64,000 bases of DNA, from the NCBI GenBank assembly GCA_020137815.1, contig CM035351.1, positions 6,634,001-6,698,000 on the forward strand, in the 5' to 3' direction. Shown here one piece after another: positions 13,773-30,566 of this stretch. Source of the DNA: Hormiphora californensis. Its lineage: Eukaryota > Animalia > Ctenophora. The notes beneath the pieces are model-generated. The model did not search any database. It was not told where the DNA came from and worked only from the letters and a program-made list of their open reading frames with translations. The stretch's first letter is position 1. Each line of letters starts with the position of its first letter. Made by a program: the position numbers and the translations under genes.

Positions 13773-14614
13773 TGCGGGGTCACTTATATGTGCCCCCTGA
13801 TTAATTATGGGCATAAATATGTTTTCGGGAATATATATATCATGATTTACATTCATGGCCACACACTTCATCCATTAGTCGTAATGGATATTAATTGGTT
13901 CCATGCACTGGTGCACGGATATAGGACTTCATCATCATATGTGGGGATATGTCCCACAGTAGTATTGTTGTATGATGTGACTAGGTAATCGTGTTTTAAG
14001 TACCGGCCCTAGCTTTCTAGAGGAGTTCATATCTTTCAAGAGGAGTTCCTGAATTACCAGAATTATGGGGATGCTCGTGCTGAAGTTCCTGAGATGGTTG
14101 TCTGTACAAATTGACTCTACAACCTTAGAGGATAGTTGGAGAGATTTGCCAGTTCCCTGTTCCTGCGTCAGAGATCACTGCCGTATGATTAAAACCAAAT
14201 TACAAGAAGAGGTTGGTGGCTGGCGGTGTATCATGTCAGGGGACTTAGTGGTACCAATTATCTGAGTACTAATACTGGACTGCACGAGGAGGAATCGCCC
14301 TCACTTCTTTGGAGCTTGCTTTGTGAACTCACTTCTTTCGGATCTCGCTTTGTGGATTCACTTCTCCTATTTGGACTTTTAGATCTCTAGTGAGCTGTTT
14401 TGTGTACTGCTTCGGTACTTATTTATTTACCCCACATTATATTTCTTGTCGTATTAGTTAATTAAAATATACTAAAAACCACACTTGCATATTTCATTAT
14501 TCGCTCACAGTCACCTCAATATACCCGTGTGAGCAGTACAACGCAATGTCCGATCTAGCCAACCCGGTGCTCAGTCCAACGGTGAAAGGGGGATCCCAAC
14601 AGGGGGGTCTTACA
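13773..14614 (+). repeat. 5' LTR (842 bp)
   Basis: Direct repeat of 17490-18330, TGCGGGGTC...TCTTACA. Confidence 0.95.
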
Positions 14615-15889
14615 AATGGTGCTGACATACCAGGATTTGAACCTGGGAACAATGTGACAGCCGAAGCTTTCGAAAGAAAGCTTGATGATCTTTTGAGAAA
14701 GGAAAATCTTCATGATCTTCCTGAGGAAAACAAACAGGGGATAAAGGCTCTGCTAAAAATGCAGAGAGCTATGGGTGAAAATCATTTCCGAAATTATGGA
14801 AATGATCATCGTCTACTTACCGCGGGTATGAACAGACCGCCGGTGTACTCACCTACCACCATGACTATAAGGCAGTTCATGTGTGGTTATGAAGCCTTTG
14901 TAAAAGGTTTGGGGTTGACTGAGTCAGCCATTATCAGGGGGTTTGTTACATATTTGCCTCCTAAATTGCAGGAGAGAATAACTGAGTCGGTGAACCTGGT
15001 TACTTCGTCATGGGCTGCGTACAAGCAAGGTGTACGGAAGATCCTAGAGGATAGCTCTAGGTATAATGAATTGAAGGCTCGATTCGATATCCTGAAGATT
15101 TGCCAGAAAGTTGGTGAGTCAGTGTATGAGTTCGGAGAGAGACTCCGAGACCTTGGTAACATCGGATTCCCTAATACGGATCCAAATGCGAGGAGTAATC
15201 GCGAATTGGTAATGAAGGATGCTCTAGCTGCGGGCATACTAAATGATGAGGTTAGCTTACAGCTAATCCGGGGCATTAACAGGATGGATTTCGATGAACT
15301 CCTTGAAGAGGCAGTTACCCTCGAGAGTTCACACCAGGCCCGGAACACCATCCGGAAGAAGGATGATGCTGTTGAAGTCTCAGTTCTCAGAACTGAAATT
15401 CCTTGGGGAGGCGGTTACCCAACTGAGGCTGGGAACAATAATGCACTACCTGGTCCCTCGGCCCCATGGCAGTTTGAGGGAGATGATTCTATCCGCGCTG
15501 ATTACCAATATCAGGGTAATAGACCGACACGAAGTTGCTGGTATTGTGGTCGTTCGGGCCACCTAAAGAGGGATTGTATGGATTACTGGGACTCCAGAGA
15601 ATATTACTCTGCAAGACAAGGAGGGTCTGGGTCATCCAATAGTTGGTATGGACCATCAAATGATTGGTCAGGCAATCAAAATAGTTGGTCGAGCAATCGA
15701 AATGATTGGTCGGGGTTCGATAATTACCCTGATAACTTTGCACCGGTGGCGAGTAGAAATCAGGGTAGGAACCAACGGCGGGCAGTTAATATGATTAGTG
15801 AACAGGTGGGCACGAGTAGGAGTAACAATGTTACCCCAGGGACTACTCAAAGAGAGGGAGGAGTAACCCCTTTCTTTTCTTTAAACTAG
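14546..15889 (+). CDS. gag: Gag (capsid-like region plus one CCHC zinc knuckle)
   Basis: 447-aa ORF with Q..GESVYEFGERLRDL (MHR-like) and CWYCGRSGHLKRDC. The ATG lies inside the 5' LTR. Confidence 0.9.
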   Translation: MSDLANPVLSPTVKGGSQQGGLTNGADIPGFEPGNNVTAEAFERKLDDLLRKENLHDLPEENKQGIKALLKMQRAMGENHFRNYGNDHRLLTAGMNRPPVYSPTTMTIRQFMCGYEAFVKGLGLTESAIIRGFVTYLPPKLQERITESVNLVTSSWAAYKQGVRKILEDSSRYNELKARFDILKICQKVGESVYEFGERLRDLGNIGFPNTDPNARSNRELVMKDALAAGILNDEVSLQLIRGINRMDFDELLEEAVTLESSHQARNTIRKKDDAVEVSVLRTEIPWGGGYPTEAGNNNALPGPSAPWQFEGDDSIRADYQYQGNRPTRSCWYCGRSGHLKRDCMDYWDSREYYSARQGGSGSSNSWYGPSNDWSGNQNSWSSNRNDWSGFDNYPDNFAPVASRNQGRNQRRAVNMISEQVGTSRSNNVTPGTTQREGGVTPFFSLN

Positions 15890-15926
15890 GTGTGCCCTCT
15901 AGTAGATCTACAGGGAGCTGGAGGGC
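15880..15926 (+). promoter_or_regulatory. -1 programmed ribosomal frameshift signal (gag to protease)
   Basis: T TTA AAC in gag frame at 15880-15886 directly before TAG, 7-nt spacer, stem GCCCTCTAG/CTGGAGGGC (15894-15926). The protease ORF is in the -1 frame. Confidence 0.85.
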
Positions 15927-16449
15927 TCAACAGGTACGGGAGGCCAAACCGGTGGAAATCTTGAGTGATTTCCTTGCAGGAATTTTTGTTCCTATCAGAA
16001 TCGGGAACCATATGGCGGAAGCCTTGTTAGACACAGGTGCGTGTGTCAATGTAATATCCACGGGTTTGGCGAATAAGGTTCTACGTGTAGTAGAGATGGA
16101 TCCATGTGAGTGGAATCTGGTTGGTATAGCAGGCACTCCTGTTAATTGTACAGGGAGGATAGATGGAATAATGGTAGGGCTAGGTCAACAAGTTGTGAAC
16201 CTTAGGGCAGATTTTGTAGTTGCGGACATTCCGGAGCAACTAATCATTGGCCAGCCCATGTTAGTGAAACATGGTTGTATTGTGGATTTACACTCCAGTC
16301 TCCTTCATGTAGGAGGAAGGAAGATACCGCTCACTGTCAGGTCCCCAGACAGGAGAGCTAATGATATTGACGAAAAGTCCGGAACACGTGGTGGTGGAAA
16401 GTACAATTTGCGGCGAAGTATACAGCCACCGGAGAGATACATCGGGTAA
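15880..16449 (+). CDS. Retropepsin aspartic protease, expressed as a Gag-Pro fusion
   Basis: ALLDTGACVNVI and LIIGQPML motifs, ending in a Pol C-terminal-like tail YNLRRSIQPPERY. Confidence 0.88.
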   Translation, partial: FKLGVPSSRSTGSWRAQQVREAKPVEILSDFLAGIFVPIRIGNHMAEALLDTGACVNVISTGLANKVLRVVEMDPCEWNLVGIAGTPVNCTGRIDGIMVGLGQQVVNLRADFVVADIPEQLIIGQPMLVKHGCIVDLHSSLLHVGGRKIPLTVRSPDRRANDIDEKSGTRGGGKYNLRRSIQPPERYIG

Positions 16450-17489
16450 AAGTTTGAGCAGTGATATGCTGATAAGGGGAGGAGGTAGATGTCTGGGATG
16501 ACACTACCCGGGTGGATGTGTTTTCCACCGGAATTATGAAATGAGTGAGAATATTACGAGATTATGGCCATGGCCCTGTTCGGGAGATTATAAATGAGCG
16601 AGATTATTACGAGATTGAATTGAAACGACTACAGTTTAGCTGTCTAGCAATCAGCTGCTGTGACACAGTGGTACTGTGTAATCGAACAGGGCACAAAGAG
16701 TTTATGGGGATGAATATGCTATGCATTTTTCTCTGGGAGGGGTTGCTCGGACCCACCCCTGTTTGGCACTCCTTCTTGGGAATTAGGTGGGTGTATAGTT
16801 GTGTTGATCTCCATATAGTCTTGATAAACCTCCCCTTTTTCTTCTTTTTCAGCCCTTCTTTCGGCCATTCTGTTATTTAGTGTATGGATAGAGTGATCCA
16901 GTTTACCTGGTTGGCAATGCTAACCTGTGTTCCTTTGGTAACTGTGAGTGTGAGAAAGGCGGGTCAGTTTGACTCAAGCCTTGAATTATTAATTACCGCA
17001 GGCCTGGTAATTAAAGAGGAACTTCCCGGGGAAGATCTTGGTGATATCGCTCTTTCGGCGACATCATTCAATTAGTTGGTGTTTTAAAACTTGGACAAAT
17101 ACAAGTTAATTGCTCGTCCCTGAGAGGCCGAGTGTGCTCCAGACATCCCATGGCTAAACAGCCATGTGCTGGAAATGAATTCTTTGTGCTGGATTCCAAA
17201 AATGAAAGTTCTTTCATCTTCAGTGAGAGCTGTTCTCAAATGAGAGACTCTTGTTCGAGACTCTTGTTCTGATGAGTGTTTATGAATACTCGAACGTCTG
17301 CTAATCCTCTTTTGAAACTTTCTTGGAGAGAGAGGTGGTTGCGGGGTCACTATTATGTGCCCCCTGGTCATATATCTCAGTCCCACATGAGTGGAACTAC
17401 CGAATTGGCTTGTGAATGATTTGGCCGAGAAATAGAGACTTGGGCAGGCTCTACTCCTTCTTGGAAACTTCCTTGGAGAGAGAGGTGGA

Positions 17490-18330
17490 TGCGGGGTCAC
17501 TTATATGTGCCCCCTGATTAATTATGGGCATAAATATGTTTTCGGGAATATATATATCATGATTTACATTCATGGCCACACACTTCATCCATTAGTCGTA
17601 ATGGATATTAATTGGTTCCATGCACTGGTGCACGGATATAGGACTTCATCATCATATGTGGGGATATGTCCCACAGTAGTATTGTTGTATGATGTGACTA
17701 GGTAATCGTGTTTTAAGTACCGGCCCTAGCTTTCTAGAGGAGTTCATATCTTTCAAGAGGAGTTCCTGAATTACCAGAATTATGGGGATGCTCGTGCTGA
17801 AGATCCTGAGATGGTTGTCTGTACAAATTGACTCTACAACCTTAGAGGATAGTTGGAGAGATTTGCCAGTTCCCTGTTCCTGCGTCAGAGATCACTGCCG
17901 TATGATTAAAACCAAATTACAAGAAGAGGTTGGTGGCTGGCGGTGTATCATGTCAGGGGACTTAGTGGTACCAATTATCTGAGTACTAATACTGGACTGC
18001 ACGAGGAGAATCGCCCTCACTTCTTTGGAGCTTGCTTTGTGAACTCACTTCTTTCGGATCTCACTTTGTGGATTCACTTCTCCTATTTGGACTTTTAGAT
18101 CTCTAGTGAGCTGTTTTGTGTACGGCTTCGGTACTTATTTATTTACCCCACATTATATTTCTTGTCGTATTAGTTAATTAAAATATACTAAAAACCACAC
18201 TTGCATATTTCATTATTCGCTCACAGTCACCTCAATATACCCGTGTGAGCAGTACAACGCAATGTCCGATCTAGCCAACCCGGTGCTCAGTCCAACGGTG
18301 AAAGGGGGATCCCAGCAGGGGGGTCTTACA
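17490..18330 (+). repeat. 3' LTR (841 bp)
   Basis: Direct repeat of 13773-14614. Confidence 0.95.
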
Positions 18331-19110
18331 ACAGAACAGAACAGAACAGAGAACAGAGAACAGAGAACAGAGAACAGAGAACAGAGAACAGAGAACAGAG
18401 AACAGAGAACAGAGAACAGAGAACAGAGAACAGAGAACAGAGAACAGAGAACAGAGAACAGAGAACAGAGAACAGAGAACAGAGAACAGAGAACAGAGAA
18501 CAGAGAACAAAGAACAGAGAACAGAGAACAGAGAACAGAGAACAGAGAACAGAGAACAGGACAAAAAAGCCGGAGACACAACAGAAAACAGAACAGAACA
18601 GGACATGGCGCGCTTTGTTGAGTAGTTGAATTATACGTAACGCGCGAGATAGGTTTTGTAATGCGGCATTCTGGTGCCGCGGCGCGCGATTTATCATGTT
18701 TCTGATCTTAAAAACAAACTTTCAAACATTTGTTTTTTTAAGTTTTGATTTCTAATTTTTTCAGTTTTGCGTTATCATCCCACAGTACCGAGGTGTTTGT
18801 AGCATATGGCGATTAAATTAATTAAGCCCTAACCAAAAAAGCCCTGGAAACTTAGGGGGTGAAGTAATAATTGCGTGAAATTTTACATAACCGGAGTGGA
18901 GGGCCTTTTTAGTTAGGGTTTTACTTTAGGTTTTCTGTTTTCCACTTTGGAAGTTAGAACCAAAAATATGGCTCGCTTTGGAGCTTAAGCCAAATAAAGT
19001 TTTATACCTTTTATTTTTACAGGCTCAATTCTCAAATGACCCCTCTTTTTTAGGATAAAACAAAATGTGACTCAGAGGATGACTGTCGAGAGGGTTGACG
19101 GGGGCCTAGG

Positions 19111-25171
<6,061 letters not shown>

Positions 25172-25623
25172 TAATCAGTGTGGGAACACTCTATATAATT
25201 GATGTTGAATGGGAATTTAAAGATATGATTGTGTGTGTGTGGTAATGATATTTGAAAGTGCGATAGGTACTGGAGTGAAAACAGTCCTGTTTTGAGAGTG
25301 AGAGAGAGTTTGTGAGAGAGAATCAATTGAATTTAGGAAGATGGTTTATTAGGATAAATCGCTAATTGCATTTTTGAATCTTTTGGATGCTATTAAAAAA
25401 TGAGTTTTGGTAGTTTTAGAGAAACAGTCCAGTACATCGAAACCAGTCATTTGTTCAATGTTCCTGATCCCGTTCCTTCCGTCCTTCATATTTCTCATTC
25501 TCTCATTCTCGCTCTCTCGAGTCTCATTCTTTCTCTCTCTATCATTTCTCTCTCTCTCTCTCTCTTCTCTCCTCGTCATTCTCTCTCGTCTCGATCCTCC
25601 ATCTCTCATCTCTCGTCGTCGTC

Positions 25624-25705
<82 letters not shown>

Positions 25706-25774
25706 GTCGTGTCTCTCGCTTTATTGAATAACATCATCGTGTAATGAGGCGAGGCCATTGTCTATATGTACAGA

Positions 25775-25816
<42 letters not shown>

Positions 25817-27099
25817 ATAACGTCTTAGAATTTAACAGTACTTACAGCCGAAGGGCGTGCCTATAAAACACTCACTTTACACACAATCTCACAGACTGTC
25901 TTAGAACCTTCTTTCCTGACTCGTTTTGATGGGTATTTGCCTGGCCTCTTTTTGGAACGACACAATAGAACCCAACACAGAGGCTCTAACATTGTCCACG
26001 AGACAAACCTCTGCATGTCTTTCAGGCATCACGCTGGTCCGTTCTTGCATGTTTCGCTCCCGAGAACAGAGAACGGAGCGAAGAGAGCGGCCAGGCATCG
26101 CACTGACAAATCTTCTAGACCTTGACTCAATCCTTAAAAAAGGCAGAATGCCAGAATAGTTTAATACTTTGGACTATGAAGTATGAATGGGATCAGTACA
26201 GTGCATACAGCACATTTCTCTCTTTCTCCTGTACTATCTCTTTCACCAATTCTCCAATGACTTTGTGTGTGTGTGTTGATGAATTACGGGCAACAAAAGT
26301 CTTGACGGAGAGATCCAAGTGATCTAGTGGGAGAGAGTCACAGAGAAAGAGACAGTGAAGGAAAGAGCGAGACGAAGGAGAGAGAGAGAACTGGTACCAA
26401 TTTCTGCTATTGTTTGATCAACACCACGTGCTTTACCTGTCTCTGGACCAATCACTGTATCCAGATTTCTCTACCTTCTTCACCCTTCATTCGTGGCTAT
26501 CATAATTCCTGCGAGTCTTGAGAGGGACTGAGAGAGAGAGAGAGAGTGTGTGTGTGTGAGAGAGAGAGAACAGATCGCTCAGCGACGAGTGTAGAAAACC
26601 CGACCAAAATGATGAAGAAAGGGAAAGATGAAGATAGACAGGGAGAGAAGGAAAGAAAGAGAGAAGCAGAGAGCGAGTGGTCGAAGCTATTATGCGACAC
26701 ACAGATGGTCCCAAAGCCACGCCCTCTCTCAGATTCCGCGCGCGCTCAACTTTTATCTGTATGCAAAGTACACAATTGTGATCGCTACATAAACACTGAA
26801 CCATGTGGGCGCGCGCCGTTTGTACATAAAATGTATTCCTAGACTATACATTTTATGTATTTGCACAGAAACGAACAAACACCTTAACTTGTTGATTGTG
26901 AAAATGGCAATGGCTATCAAATTTTAAATATTCATTCTGGCGATATACCGCAACTGTCTGACATGCCCTCAGTTCTCTTATTCGACACTCTAACTGTGTC
27001 TCCCAGGCTCTCTACAGCATTCGAGAACATTTAGAACATCCGATTATCATGTCTCATGTTATCTATCACATTCTATAACCCCACAAAGTTCACACTCTT

Positions 27100-30000
27100 C
27101 AGTTCTCTGCTTCACTTCCTTCCTCTTCGTCTTCCTCATCTTCAGAGAATTCTGCCCCACCCTGAACAACCCGCATTCCTGGAGAGAGGAGGAGGATTAT
27201 AGAGACAGAGAGAAAAGGGAGGAGGAAGATTGTCATGGGATGCTGATAAGTGTATGATAATTTAGTCTTGATTGACTGTAGATGCAGTCAGCTAGAAATG
27301 GTACAGTATATATAGTACATAACGTTCTGCACGCAGTGCAAGCGCGCCATATACGCTCTGCACTGCAGAGCGTATATGGAGGTGAAATGCACGACAGCGG
27401 AGCTGGAGTGCATTTCACATCTATATTGCACGAGTGAAACGAGTGCGATATAGGACCGCTTGCACATGCCGTGCAGGACGTTATTGAGTATATATTCCGC
27501 GAGAAAACACATGACAAGCAAAACAATCATAATTTTGGGTGATTACACACAGAGAGATGTGACAAAACAAGGTACAAACTAAGCAAAACTAGACAAAATA
27601 CACTTCTACACCGGTTACACACAAGGGAGAGAAGGTCTGATAGTTTGAAACAGTGAAAAGAAGAGAGAGATAAAGAGAGAGATGCGAGAGAGGGAGATTG
27701 GAATTCTTGGAAATAGCAAACAACAAAACGTGTAAGGGGATAATTAGTGAGAGAAAGAGGGAGAGTGAGTGTAAAATGGCAGACTGTGTGTCGTGTAGTA
27801 CCTTGTCAGTCATATTCTGTGTGTTTGTGTGTGAATAAGGTGTAAAAACACATTTCTCACTTATATCCCGCTACCTCTATATCTGCACGCTCCCGCGGAA
27901 GCACAGTGCATATTTCAGCGTGCAAATGGTCGCGCACAGCGGGAGTGATATGTGCACTCGCGGTATATATATGCCATATAAATAAAGGCCCAATAAAAGG
28001 CCTGTCAGAGCATTTTCCTGACAGTAAAAGGCCGAGAAGTAGTTGAACAGACGCCAGATGGTCACGTATAATAGACTACTAGGCCAGAAGACAATATCAA
28101 CTTCCACTGGAAGTTCCAGAGTGAGAAAGGTGTGGTCGTGAATGGTTTTGAAGAAAGAGTCAGTGAGGGCGCCAGGTGTATGGCCACTGATATTGGCCAC
28201 ACTCGATCTGAGATAGAGTTAACATAGGGCCTGAAAACCTGACTGACTATTATTCAAAAATTGTTTGATCTACCGAGCCCTCACAGAGCGGGCTATTATA
28301 TAAATTGCAGTGTGAGCCAAGACAAAAAGTTTTGTGTGATTGGGTTCATTCAGGTTTTCACTCTTTCTTCAGAATAGAAAAAACAATATCCAGTGAACAC
28401 TAGCTAAATGGCTATAAAAACTATACTAGCTAAATGGCTATAAAAACTTACTGGGGGATTCGACATAGAAGTCGGGCGTTGATCTCTCACTAGCGCAACC
28501 AGAAGCAGGGGTACATCGTGGTTCTCTACTCTCCCCGTCCGGTAACCACAGCACTGATACCCCCCACTTCCTGTGAATGGGTGAGTCCACCTTTCGAGCC
28601 TGAAATAAAAAGGAGTTACGTCATGTTGTGGTACAAAGAATTTCAAGGAATGGTACAGGAAATCATGAACCAGATCCAACTGAGGGCGCGATCACACCAG
28701 GATCTTCGAAACAGTTGCTTTGAAGAACCAAGTTGAATCACACACAGATCTTTCCTTAAGTTGGTGCAAGTACGATCCTTATATGGAGCGAGCTCGCTCT
28801 CTCCAATCTTATCCCCTCTTTCGAGCTCTCTCTCCCACTCGCTCTTTCTCCCCATATAAGGGATAATTGCGCGGGAGAGAGTGAGTGCGAGAGAGAGCTC
28901 GAAAGAGGGGATAACATTGGAGAGAGCGAGCTCGCTCCATATAAGGGATAATTAAGCGCGAGAGAGAGTGAGTGCGAGAGAGAGCTCAAAAGAAGGGATA
29001 ACATTGGAGAGAGCGAGCTCGCTCCATATAAGGATCGTACTTGCACCAACTAAAGGAAAGATCTGTGTGTGATTCAACTTGGTTCTTCGAAGCAATTGTT
29101 TCGAAGATCCTGGTGTGATCGCGCCCTGAATAACTAAAATACTTCGAGTTGCTGGGTGAATGGATGTTTATAGTACCCACTGCCCACTGAATCCCACTCA
29201 CCCAGCTTAAGGGTACACCTGGCGTTTTTCATCATCGAGTGCCCAACCAAATGACTTCACCAGGGTTTAGGTCATACAAAATGGACCTCAAATATGCAAT
29301 TTTAGCCCTAAAGTCGAATTCATATTTTTGCTACAGCCTATTTTCAAAGTGGCGTTTTTTCAATTTTTGTTGGAATTTTTAACCTCAGGACCACCTTTTT
29401 TGAGATAGAAACATTAAATTCTTAGAATTTGAAGAGAATATAAAGGTGAATAAGCCCAAAGAAGGATTTTTGAAATGGAGCTTATTTCTGGCCATGAGAA
29501 CGGTTTACTTTTTTGCTTCTTTGACACGCTGGCTGAGAATGTTCCCATGCTTCATTAGAGATGAAAATCTGGAAATAGTTGCTCAAAACGATCATCTATG
29601 TGGCCCAAAAATTTTGGAACTTTCCCACCAAAGATGCGGTGTACAGAGCTTGTTTTGTGAAACCCGTCTTTTTGAAAAAGAGGGAAACTCCCTGTATCTC
29701 AAAAACGGATGGTCGTAGAGACCTGCGACCAAGCTTAATCGATTCAAAAGGTCCGATTTTGGGGGGGTCTTCTGAGAGACATTTGCTCCTACTCCAACCG
29801 TTTTTGCTGTAATTGCAAAAAACCAATTCTATGAAAAGGGGGAACAACTCTATTCCAGTAGCCTGCTTCGGGCTGATTTCCCCCTTACTTGCTGATACCT
29901 TTTTCACAATTACAGCGAAAACGGTTGGAGTAGGAGCAAAATGTCTCTCAGAAGACCCCCCCCCCCAAAATCGTACCTTCTGAATCGATTAAGCTTGGTC

Positions 30001-30566
30001 GCAGGGCTCTACGATCATCCGTTTTTGAGATACAGGGAATTTCCCTCTTTTTCAAAAAGACGGGTTTCACAAAACAAGCTCTGTACACCGCATCTTTGGT
30101 GGGAAAGTTCCAAAATTTTTGGGCCACATAGATGATCGTTCTGAGCAACTATTTCCAGATTTTCATCTCTAATGAAGCATGGGAACATTCTCAGCCAGCG
30201 TGTCGAAGAAGCAAAAAAGTAAACCGTTCTCATGGCCAGAAATAAGCTCCATTTCAAAAATCCTTCTTTGGGCTTATTCACCTTTATATTCTCTTCAAAT
30301 TCCAAGAATTTAATGTTTCTATATCAAAAAAAGTGGTCCTGAGGTTAAAAATTCCAACAAAAATTGAAAAAACGCCACTTTGAAAATAGGCTGTAGCAAA
30401 AATATGAATTCGACTTTAGGGCTAAAATTGCATATTTGAGGTCCATTTTGTATGACCTAAACCCTGGTGAAGTCATTTGGTTGGGCACTCGATGATGAAA
30501 AACGCCAGGTGTACCCTTAATGTTGTGTGATTGAATCTGCATATCAATTACCAATTCTTGTTCCAT
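27100..30566 (-). CDS. Putative small multi-exon gene of unknown function
   Basis: In-frame GT-AG splices give MEQEL (30552-30566) | LGEWDSVGSGYYKHPFTQQLE (29143-29205) | LDLVHDFLYHSLKFF... (28452-28679). Further candidate exons lie at about 27980-28207 and an acidic terminal exon at about 27100-27178, but downstream phases could not be reconciled. Confidence 0.35.
28682..29128. mobile_element. Foldback MITE of the CAGGGCGCGATCACACC family
   Basis: Inverted arms of about 130 bp or more, with an internal duplicated unit of about 85 bp. Termini match 7861-8114. No clean TSD. Confidence 0.75.
29211..30516. mobile_element. Kolobok-like foldback element, copy 2 (opposite orientation)
   Basis: TTAA TSDs 29207-29210 and 30517-30520. 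Highly similar to 22848-24150 with the central spacer reversed. Confidence 0.85.

Larger units (their letters stand above)
13773..18330 (+). mobile_element. Non-autonomous LTR retrotransposon encoding only Gag and aspartic protease (TR-GAG-like, Gypsy-derived)
   Basis: LTRs 13773-14614 and 17490-18330 (TG...CA, about 5 differences seen by eye), 4-bp TSD ACAG, PBS TGGTGCTGAC at 14617, PPT GGAGAGAGAGGTGGA before the 3' LTR. No RT, RNase H or integrase ORF. Confidence 0.93.
13703..18700 (-). repeat. Inverted second copy of the GC-head/(CTGTT)n repeat, split by the LTR element
   Basis: (AGAAC)n 13706-13772, (ACAGAGA)n about 18345-18558, head homolog 18635-18697 (reverse complement GATAAATCGCGCGCCGCGGCACCAGAATGCCGC). 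Confidence 0.75.

Noticed and set aside
18213-18697. ORFs with TENREQR/LCSLFSV repeats, one starting with the gag N-terminus
   Set aside because: The 3' LTR copy of the gag ATG runs into a 7-mer satellite, with no evidence of a real protein.
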